Position numbers and translations under genes: made by a program. A stretch of DNA of 14,557 nt from Candidatus Heimdallarchaeota archaeon (GTDB taxonomy: Archaea; Asgardarchaeota; Heimdallarchaeia; Heimdallarchaeales; Kariarchaeaceae): NCBI GenBank assembly GCA_015523565.1, contig WAKA01000195.1:1-14557 (forward strand), read 5' to 3'. Positions 1 through 7,249 of the stretch are shown in pieces. The notes beneath the pieces are model-generated. The model ran no database searches. It saw only the letters and a program-made list of their open reading frames with translations, and was not told where the DNA came from. Every line of letters starts with the position of its first letter. Within the stretch, counting starts at the first letter, position 1.

Positions 1-141
1 ATAAGAGACAGGAATAAGAGTTGGATGGAAATTTTCGGGTCAGTAAGTGATGTTAATTTAGTTGAATGGAGGGAATTCAATTCCGATAGAAACAAAAATG
101 GCAAGATTTCAGAAATCACAAAATTCATGGAGGGATTATGA
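1..141 (+). CDS. cmr1: 3' end of type III CRISPR RAMP protein, Cmr1-like (partial, starts upstream of window)
   Basis: Frame 1 is open from base 1 to TGA at 139-141 (IRDRNKSWMEIFGSVSDVNLVEWREFNSDRNKNGKISEITKFMEGL*). The stop overlaps the next ATG (ATGA) and GGAGG sits at 129-133. Identity is inferred mainly from its position before cmr6 in the III-C gene order. Confidence 0.6.
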   Translation: MRDRNKSWMEIFGSVSDVNLVEWREFNSDRNKNGKISEITKFMEGL

Positions 142-1256
142 TTACAGGATATGATTTTCTTTCAGAATACAAAATAAAAAAATCAGCGGATGTTAATAAA
201 TTAAACAATACAACTCTGAATCATTTAAATACCAAAGCAATAATATTAAATACCATTTTTGCTTTTAATAAACCTAAGGAAAAATGGACTATCAATAGAA
301 AAGTTAATCCGATAGACTATACTAAAATAGGAATAAGATATGAAAGAAATGAAAACGTTGGATTGAAGGGAATACATAAAAACTTCAGTGAAAATTTTAT
401 TGCAAACCAATTAGAATTGTTGGACGATCTTAATCTGTTTCCTTCAAATATTACACCTCTTCCATCTGGATCAGCCTATATAGAATTTCCCTTGATACTT
501 AAAACACCGTTATTTTCAAATGATGACATCCCATTCTACCTTATTGACAATCCAATGAAAAAAGATAAAGTTTTTGGGATACCCTATTTTTCCTCATCAT
601 CTTGGAAAGGAAATCTCAGATGGGTAATGAATAAAATATTCTTAGAGGACAGTTTAAAGGAAGAAGAGGACCGTTTAAAGGAAGAATATGTCAACAATAG
701 ATTAAAACTAATTCGACTTTTTGGAACAGAAAAAGGAACCAAAGATAACACAAGTTTAGCACAATATAATGACAAAATTCACGATAAAATTCACAGGAGT
801 AACTATAGTGAACAACCAAAATCACAATTCAACACGGAGAAAACCATGTTAAAAGGGATGCTCTTTTTCTATCCGACGTTTTGGGACAGCATAGAGCTAG
901 ACATCATAAACCCCCATGATAGAGAAACTAGTACGGGAAAGAACCCAATTTATTATGAAGTAGTCCCTCCAAACTCTCAAGGGGAATTCCGTTTGCTTTA
1001 TGTTCCACACCACCATCTTTCAAAAGGCAAACAAGAAATTAGAGATTTGGTTATTGATGATTTGTCAATGGTAGTAAAAGGTATCACCCAACTGATGACA
1101 ATATACGGATTTTCAGCAAAACGAACCTTAGGTTATGGGATTGCAGAAGCAAGATGGGAAAAGAAGAAGGGGAAAATCAAAATTAATGGAGTGTGTGAAA
1201 ATATAGGTTCATTTGAAGACTTAAAACAGTACCTAAGGCAATTAAAGGAGGGATAA
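138..1256 (+). CDS. cmr6: Type III-C CRISPR RAMP (Cas7 group) protein, Cmr6-like
   Basis: RAMP motifs LKTPLFS..D..F..IDNP, PYFSSSSWKGNLR, RLFG, KGMLFFYPTF, DIINPHDR..GKNPIYYEVVP and the C-terminal Gly-rich loop YGFSAKRTLGYG. SD GGAGG at 129-133. Confidence 0.85.
   Translation: MITGYDFLSEYKIKKSADVNKLNNTTLNHLNTKAIILNTIFAFNKPKEKWTINRKVNPIDYTKIGIRYERNENVGLKGIHKNFSENFIANQLELLDDLNLFPSNITPLPSGSAYIEFPLILKTPLFSNDDIPFYLIDNPMKKDKVFGIPYFSSSSWKGNLRWVMNKIFLEDSLKEEEDRLKEEYVNNRLKLIRLFGTEKGTKDNTSLAQYNDKIHDKIHRSNYSEQPKSQFNTEKTMLKGMLFFYPTFWDSIELDIINPHDRETSTGKNPIYYEVVPPNSQGEFRLLYVPHHHLSKGKQEIRDLVIDDLSMVVKGITQLMTIYGFSAKRTLGYGIAEARWEKKKGKIKINGVCENIGSFEDLKQYLRQLKEG
644..685 (+). repeat. 21-bp in-frame tandem duplication inside cmr6
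   Basis: agaggacagtttaaaggaaga / agaggaccgtttaaaggaaga (1 mismatch), giving EDSLKEE-EDRLKEE. Confidence 0.9.
771..794 (+). repeat. 12-bp in-frame tandem duplication inside cmr6
   Basis: gacaaaattcac / gataaaattcac, giving DKIH-DKIH. Confidence 0.8.
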
Positions 1257-1259
1257 CAT

Positions 1260-4226
1260 GTGTCAGATCTGAACAAAATAAAAGAAAAAAGAACATTCAT
1301 ACTTTTTGGAGAAATAGGGGCATTCTTCCATTTGTTAGGGAGATTCAGTTCAAAATTTTACAATAATCCCGCATCTTATAAAAAAATTTGTGGTGATACC
1401 AGTTTTTGGGGAAATAGTGGTCTTCATGATTTGATTTCGGATTCAAAATCATTATGGGAAAAATATCTAAATGACGAAAATTTGAATGAAATTGAAGAAT
1501 TGAGAAAAAATACTGTTAAATGCATTTGTTGTTTCATAAAGTATCATACCAGAAATGATGCTAAGGGATTGCTCAAAATTTTAGCAGATGCACATGGGAT
1601 TGTTTCGGGTATAGAAAAATATCATTCAGCATCTAATCCTATGAGTAAACCAAATCTATCTAATGCATTTGGTTATGAAGAAAATATTAATTATAAATTA
1701 ATAGATGAACGCCGTGATGAGTTTTTGGGTTCTTTGAAAAAAAATATGGGAAAAATCATAAAGAATAATAATTCATCAAATCCAATTATCACTCCAATTA
1801 CTCTAGAAACATATAGAGAAATAAAAGAAATATTCAAGACCTATTATTCACTCGCAATTGCAGAAACAAGGAGACCAAATAATGATCTTTCTTTATACAG
1901 TTATGCATATTCCATAGCTACATTAACAAAATCAAATTACAGTAAGATAATTATTGATGGATGGGAAGATCCTTTACAAAAAAAATCCAAATGGAAAATT
2001 CTCCGAATTAACTTTGATGTAATATCACTGATTTCCAAAGGAACCAAAGTTGGACATATAGAGGGTTACAAAAATTCAGTAAATCAATTCTTTGATGAAA
2101 TTAAAGATTTGATAGAATTCAGGTATCCTCTGGGAAATGAATTATATCGTGACACTACAGGAATTTATTTCTCTTATCCAAATTTCAACCAAATAAATAA
2201 TTCAGATCCCCTATTAGACGAACTCAAAGCAGAAATTAATAAGATAGTGCGACAAAATAACTTGGAAATAGACGTCCACATCGCACTATCAGAACCGAGC
2301 AGGACAATGACTGTTTTAGGTTCATCCATATCATCAGCTGTTAAAGACATTTCATTTACGCACATAACAACAGAATCTCTTTCCCAAAATGAAGAGGAAA
2401 ATAATAAAGAAATTTGTTGGAACTGTCTGTTCAGATACAAAGAAAATTCAGGATTATATTGCCAAGTCTGTAATAAGAGGTATGAAGGGAGGGTCAAGGA
2501 GTGCATGAAGCTATCAGATATGACTATTTGGTTAGATGAAATAGCAGACATCAACAATAACATTGCTTTGCTGATATTTTCATTTGATCTTGAGAATTGG
2601 TTATATGGGAAATATTTCAAGACATTCCGATCCAATTCCTTTGAAATGTGGCAAAGAAAGTGGCAAGAATCATGTAAAAAAGAACAGAATGAATGTAAAA
2701 TAGGGAGTTTAGAAGATTTAATTAAAAAATTTGAAACAATGTTAAACAACAAAAAGTTGACAGAATGTGAAAAGGAAATTTGTAAAAGTTTTATTAAAGT
2801 AAAATCATTAAATAACTTTCAACAAGAATTTTTTGATCCAGTTGTTGAAAGAGAGGGAGATAGCACCTTGGTAAAACAATTACATAATAATCATGAAAGA
2901 GCCACATACCTAGTTTATTTATTATTTAGAAAATATGCATCACTAAGTAGAATTTTAGGTGTATGGACAACAACTCAATGTTTTTTTGACGAGATAGCCA
3001 AAGACATCAAAAATTCCGTAAGTAAATTTGCAGATACAAATGATAAAAGATTTTTAAGATTGGAAATTGAAATTAAAGACCCACTATCTAATACCAATTA
3101 CTCTTTAACTTTGCCAGCGACAATTGAAAATAAGACACTAAATCTTCTTCAAGTACAGGATAATAAATTTGTCACTACCTTAAATTTGGAATTTCTTTCA
3201 AGTTGGGGAAGAAATATCGAAGAGTTAAAAGAATTTCTCAAAAATAAAAATATTGATTTTAAATTAGACAAATTAAATCGTCATAGTTCAGAAATTAAGG
3301 GAATAGAGCAATATAATAGTTATCTCCCGTATCTCAACCCAATATCTTACCCAAATCATATGATTACATTAATTCCAGCAGAGCATGCAATTGAAATTGC
3401 CAATAATATAAACAAATTGTATTTAGAAAAGTTTTCTAAAGTAAGAGATCGTCTTCCATTGCATATTGGTATAATTGGATTTGAGAAAAGCACACCGCTA
3501 AATTTGGTCATGGATGCTGGAAGAAGGTTAGTGGATTCATTTCACAGCAAATCAAAAACTGAAAAAATGATAGTCAAAAAAATTCATCAAAACAATAAAT
3601 ACAAGACACTGATATTAGAAGACCTAAAAGGAAAAAAGCAGAAATGGAAGGTTTTCACACATATTAATGGAGAAGAAGAAATTGAAGACATCTGGTATGC
3701 AAATATTAGAATGGCAGAAGGAGAAGAGACTAGATCTGAATCATTTGTTTATGATTTTAAGAAGGAAAATAACAAACTGAAGAAAAAATTTGCAATTCCA
3801 GCTTCAAAAATCAAGGAGGGAGATGTAATTCTTTTTGACAAATCATACCTAAATATTTCTTATTTGAGTAATCCATCAGACAGATTTTACGTTGGTGAAG
3901 GTTCACGGTTGTTAGAGGATATAAGTCAAATTAAGACAATTTGGGAGTCCATTGAAGAAAAATTGAAGAGTGAAAAATGGACTATTAACAAGATTTATCA
4001 TTTTTGGGAACAAATCAATAAATGTCAAAATACATATGACGATGAAGAAATAAAAGATGAATTGATAAAGATTCATTTGAGGAACATACTTGAGATATCA
4101 CCATCGAGCGACCTCTTCACCACGTTGTTCCATGCAGTAAAGAGTGGATTGCTGGACACATGTCTACATTGGAATCTTAAGGTAAGAAAATTTAAACCAT
4201 CGGAGGAAAATAACAATGAACAATAA
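1260..4226 (+). CDS. cas10: Type III-C large subunit Cas10 (Csx11 family); degenerate Palm cyclase and apparently degenerate HD motif
   Basis: 988 aa, GTG start after GGAGG (1247-1251). Csx11-like blocks: AETRRPNNDLSL, YPLGNELYRDTTGIYF, Zn finger C386xxC389...C401xxC404, TIWLDEIAD..N.ALL..FDLENWL.G, SLSRI..VW.TT, KVRDRLPLHIG..PL..VMDAGRRL. No GGDD anywhere in the protein. Confidence 0.9.
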   Translation: MSDLNKIKEKRTFILFGEIGAFFHLLGRFSSKFYNNPASYKKICGDTSFWGNSGLHDLISDSKSLWEKYLNDENLNEIEELRKNTVKCICCFIKYHTRNDAKGLLKILADAHGIVSGIEKYHSASNPMSKPNLSNAFGYEENINYKLIDERRDEFLGSLKKNMGKIIKNNNSSNPIITPITLETYREIKEIFKTYYSLAIAETRRPNNDLSLYSYAYSIATLTKSNYSKIIIDGWEDPLQKKSKWKILRINFDVISLISKGTKVGHIEGYKNSVNQFFDEIKDLIEFRYPLGNELYRDTTGIYFSYPNFNQINNSDPLLDELKAEINKIVRQNNLEIDVHIALSEPSRTMTVLGSSISSAVKDISFTHITTESLSQNEEENNKEICWNCLFRYKENSGLYCQVCNKRYEGRVKECMKLSDMTIWLDEIADINNNIALLIFSFDLENWLYGKYFKTFRSNSFEMWQRKWQESCKKEQNECKIGSLEDLIKKFETMLNNKKLTECEKEICKSFIKVKSLNNFQQEFFDPVVEREGDSTLVKQLHNNHERATYLVYLLFRKYASLSRILGVWTTTQCFFDEIAKDIKNSVSKFADTNDKRFLRLEIEIKDPLSNTNYSLTLPATIENKTLNLLQVQDNKFVTTLNLEFLSSWGRNIEELKEFLKNKNIDFKLDKLNRHSSEIKGIEQYNSYLPYLNPISYPNHMITLIPAEHAIEIANNINKLYLEKFSKVRDRLPLHIGIIGFEKSTPLNLVMDAGRRLVDSFHSKSKTEKMIVKKIHQNNKYKTLILEDLKGKKQKWKVFTHINGEEEIEDIWYANIRMAEGEETRSESFVYDFKKENNKLKKKFAIPASKIKEGDVILFDKSYLNISYLSNPSDRFYVGEGSRLLEDISQIKTIWESIEEKLKSEKWTINKIYHFWEQINKCQNTYDDEEIKDELIKIHLRNILEISPSSDLFTTLFHAVKSGLLDTCLHWNLKVRKFKPSEENNNEQ

Positions 4227-5190
4227 TTTCAAACTAAAAACATACTATGCAATGGCAATTGACCCAATCCATGTCGGTATGGGGGGAACTCGACTTGGAA
4301 GAGTAGATAATCCTATAATTCGAGACCCTAGTACAAACATACCTAAAATCCCTGGATCGAGCTTCAATGGTGTTACAAGATACTATGCCGCTTTACAATC
4401 GAATTTAGATTGTGCTGGAAAAGGGGGGGAATTTGGTGAAAAACATTGTGGGAGATGCGATGTATGTTTGGCATTTGGATTTTCTAATAACAAGGGCAGT
4501 ATGCAAGGATTGGTACATTTTTTTGATGCTTATATTTATCTATTTCCAGTCGCTTCAATGAAAGGCACCATTTGGGTTTGTTCACCAAATTCCTTAGGAT
4601 TGAATGAAAAAAATTATCCTGCTGATTTAGATGATAAATTTATCACGTTGGGTAAATTCCAAGGTACAGATAAATTGAATTTTAGTTGGCTTCTTTTGGA
4701 AAAATACGGAGGGAAAGAAAATGAAACAAACGAGAAAAAGAATTTCATAAATGACGCCATTCCAAAAACAATTAGGTCGAGAGCTGTACTTGTTTCAGAT
4801 CTGTTGTTTTCGAAAATAGTTAACATAAATTTAGAAGTGAGAACATCAGTTAGTATTGACCCTAGAACTGGTGCAGCAGAAGACAGGGCTTTGTTTACTT
4901 ATGAGGCAATCCCTAGAACAACAATTTTCAAGTTTGATGTTCTTTACAGATCACACTTAAATGAATCAAAAAACTTAGAACAAAATTCAGGAAATATACA
5001 TTTAGGAAATAATACTGTAAAAAATTTTGAGAAAGTTGTAGAAAAGGGTCTATCATATATTGAGTTTATGGGAATTGGAGGGATGAATACTAGAGGGATG
5101 GGGAGAATGCGAATTTTTAAGCCGAATGAAAACCCAACCAATTCAAATCCCAAATCCGTTAACACGACAACTAAGAAAAGAGGAGGATAA
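4216..5190 (+). CDS. cmr4: Type III CRISPR backbone RNase Cmr4 (Cas7 group)
   Basis: DPIHVG.G...G.VDNPIIRD..T.IPKIPGSS with the catalytic Asp region intact; Cys cluster CAG...HCGRCDVC.AFG; LFPVAS..G..W; EVRTSVSIDP.TGAAE..ALFTYEAIP; Gly loop GIGGMNTRGMG. Overlaps the cas10 end; SD GGAGG at 4202-4206. Confidence 0.93.
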   Translation: MNNNFKLKTYYAMAIDPIHVGMGGTRLGRVDNPIIRDPSTNIPKIPGSSFNGVTRYYAALQSNLDCAGKGGEFGEKHCGRCDVCLAFGFSNNKGSMQGLVHFFDAYIYLFPVASMKGTIWVCSPNSLGLNEKNYPADLDDKFITLGKFQGTDKLNFSWLLLEKYGGKENETNEKKNFINDAIPKTIRSRAVLVSDLLFSKIVNINLEVRTSVSIDPRTGAAEDRALFTYEAIPRTTIFKFDVLYRSHLNESKNLEQNSGNIHLGNNTVKNFEKVVEKGLSYIEFMGIGGMNTRGMGRMRIFKPNENPTNSNPKSVNTTTKKRGG

Positions 5191-5195
5191 GACAG

Positions 5196-5612
5196 ATGAA
5201 TTTGGATCAATTATGTGCAAAATATGGAAAAAACGTCGCCAATGCGATGATTGGATCAAAAGAGGATGATGCAAAAAAAGCCGAAAACCTCATAACAAAA
5301 GCATTAGGAGTGATTCAGGAACAAGGACTCTATGCATTTGCACTTTTCTGCATATCACGCAGCAGTAGTGAGAAAAAAGCCGCAAAACAAATGAAAGAAA
5401 AAATCGAGTTATTGCTCAAATCAGAAAAATTGAAACTGATTAAAGTAGATTTGCTGAATGAATTTGATGATAAAAATGGCATCGGATCAAAGCTGGATGA
5501 TCTGTTATTGGCAATCGAACTTGTAGAAAAAACCCTAATTTATGCCAGATACTTTGCTAAAGGGAATGACCCGAATAATTTGAAAAAATCAGATAACATC
5601 GGAAACAAGTAA
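5196..5612 (+). CDS. cmr5: Type III small subunit Cmr5 (Cas11)
   Basis: 138-aa helical protein after cmr4 with NLD..CA, ENLITKALGVIQEQGLYAFALF and LLLA..L.EKTLIYARY.AK. SD GGAGG at 5182-5186. Confidence 0.85.
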   Translation: MNLDQLCAKYGKNVANAMIGSKEDDAKKAENLITKALGVIQEQGLYAFALFCISRSSSEKKAAKQMKEKIELLLKSEKLKLIKVDLLNEFDDKNGIGSKLDDLLLAIELVEKTLIYARYFAKGNDPNNLKKSDNIGNK

Positions 5613-5624
5613 GGAGGTGGACAA

Positions 5625-6605
5625 GTGAATTGGAGACCATATCTTTTGAAAATGAAAATTAAATCGGCATTACACATAGGATACGTCAAAACAGAAAAAT
5701 ATGCGAACACACGGCATTATGTATATGGCAAATTGTTTTGGGCAGCACTTACCTCCAATCTAGTTCAATCATTTGGTAAACCAAAATTTAGAGAAATAGG
5801 AGAAGATTTAAAAAAATTCATTAAGTTCGGCTACTTCTTTCCATTTTTTGATGGTAAACTCCATCTTCCAAAATTCACAAAAAATGGGTTATATTATGGG
5901 AATAAGGAAAATTGCATTTCAAAAAATGAATTTGAGAAAAAAGTCATAATGTCAAAAGTAGGAATTGCCATTAACCCATTAACGGTTAGTGTTGAAGAGG
6001 AAATGCTTTACCATCAAGAGTTTATTAATATGCGAACTATCCCAAGTTTTAATGAAGAACCCACTAAACAAATTTATCTTGAAGGGATAATTTGGATTAA
6101 TGAAGCAGAAAGTATAAAAGGAAAATTTATTACATCAGTTTCCTATGAAGAGAAAAACCTTAACTTTCATTTTAATAATTCAACATTAATTTCACTTAAA
6201 AACCTAATTGGCATTCAAGTGGGAGGAGAAAGAAGCACGGGTCATGGACTCATAGAATTTTGCAGTTTGAAACCATTGGATGGAAATGAGCTTTCAATGT
6301 TCTGTAGTTCACAAGCACATAATGAAAAAACTGCAAATTGTTGTTCACAAAAAGACATTGACAAAGAGGTCATAATTGAATTTGAAAAACATTGTATTTT
6401 ATGGTCACATTTAATATGTAATGCAAATTCATCAAATAATGTCAAAGGAAAAATTGAATTACTCGTTGGAAGAGATTGGGGATCAAATGGAGCAGGAAGA
6501 AAAATAGAGAACTATGGTTACCATTGGAGCCCAGGATCACTTGTTCTTTCCCCAATCAAGGTTAGAGTCAATGAATTTGGTATTTTTGAAGTTATAAATG
6601 AATAA
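5625..6605 (+). CDS. cmr3: Type III-C RAMP protein, Cmr3-like (Cas5 group)
   Basis: GTG start after AAGGAGGTG. RAMP motifs KSALHIG, TRHYVYG..FWAALT, FGYFFP, Gly loop GIQVGGERSTGHG, GRDW..GAG and WSPGS. Last gene of the III-C order. Confidence 0.75.
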   Translation: MNWRPYLLKMKIKSALHIGYVKTEKYANTRHYVYGKLFWAALTSNLVQSFGKPKFREIGEDLKKFIKFGYFFPFFDGKLHLPKFTKNGLYYGNKENCISKNEFEKKVIMSKVGIAINPLTVSVEEEMLYHQEFINMRTIPSFNEEPTKQIYLEGIIWINEAESIKGKFITSVSYEEKNLNFHFNNSTLISLKNLIGIQVGGERSTGHGLIEFCSLKPLDGNELSMFCSSQAHNEKTANCCSQKDIDKEVIIEFEKHCILWSHLICNANSSNNVKGKIELLVGRDWGSNGAGRKIENYGYHWSPGSLVLSPIKVRVNEFGIFEVINE

Positions 6606-6699
6606 TAGAATGATTTTGAAAAACAGAGTTGCTGTTTCCATACTTCACCGACATAATCATTTGTTTCTGTTAATTATCTAAAGATAGCCCTATAACAAT

Positions 6700-6715
6700 T
6701 GAAAACTTATGTATT
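6700..6715 (+). promoter_or_regulatory. Possible archaeal BRE/TATA promoter for the Fe-S carrier / EndoQ genes
   Basis: gaaaacTTATGTAT: a purine run followed by a TATA-like box about 100 nt upstream of the ATG at 6811. Motif match only. Confidence 0.25.
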
Positions 6716-6810
6716 TAGGTTTGCAAGAATATGTGGTTTCAAATTACAGTTGGTTTTGATAAGTTCTGTAATCGATGCCTTTTTAACCATAAAAAAAGAA
6801 GGTTAGTTTG

Positions 6811-7197
6811 ATGTCGGAAGTACAAGCAGAGACTCTTGAGAAACCCGAAGTGACGATTAGTGACAAGGCAGTTGAGATGATCAAACAAGTCATTGAACAA
6901 CAGGAAAACAAAAATCTTTATCTAAGGTTGTTTGTCCAGCCCAGCGGAACAGGATTGTCATTTGGAATGGCATTGGATACAAGGAAAAACTCAGATGATC
7001 ATTCAGAAATTCATGAAAGTGGAATTGAAGTGGTTATTGACCATATCTCATTCCCATACCTCAAAGGTGCATCTGTCTCCTATACAGAGGGAGAAAAATC
7101 TGGATTTTCAATCAGCAGTCCCAATGCAGACCTATTGGCGGCGGCCGCAGGTGCTGCCTGTGGGTCATGTGCTGGAGATGCAGGTTGCTGTGGCTAA
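6811..7197 (+). CDS. HesB/IscA (A-type Fe-S carrier) family protein, atypical Cys pattern
   Basis: VTISDKAVE.I...LRLFV..SG.GLSFGMALD...D...SGIEVVID..S..YLKGA.V.Y...GF.I.SPNA fits the Fe-S_biosyn fold; C-terminus CGSCAGDAGCCG. ATG at 6811 preferred over TTG at 6808. Confidence 0.85.
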   Translation: MSEVQAETLEKPEVTISDKAVEMIKQVIEQQENKNLYLRLFVQPSGTGLSFGMALDTRKNSDDHSEIHESGIEVVIDHISFPYLKGASVSYTEGEKSGFSISSPNADLLAAAAGAACGSCAGDAGCCG

Positions 7198-7249
7198 TCG
7201 TCTAATATCCCAAAACAACCCATTTATTGTCAATTGAGAAAAACGGGCA

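Noticed and set aside
2174-2752. 192-aa antisense ORF within cas10, and antisense ORFs at 584-775, 4614-4826, 4944-5210 and 6242-6445
   Set aside because: Shadow ORFs opposite well-supported genes, with no recognisable motifs.
138-6605. Classification as type III-B
   Set aside because: The Csx11-type Cas10 without GGDD and the cmr1-cmr6-cas10-cmr4-cmr5-cmr3 order fit III-C.
6606-6807. CRISPR array or mini-array after cmr3 (fragments gtttccatac, attgaaaac and gtttcaaat resemble repeat ends)
   Set aside because: No unit of 23 bp or more recurs and there is no regular repeat-spacer period.
6930-6965. Selenocysteine (TGA) at the missing first Cys of the HesB-like protein
   Set aside because: Codons read CAG CCC AGC GGA ACA GGA with no in-frame TGA, and the gene ends in TAA.
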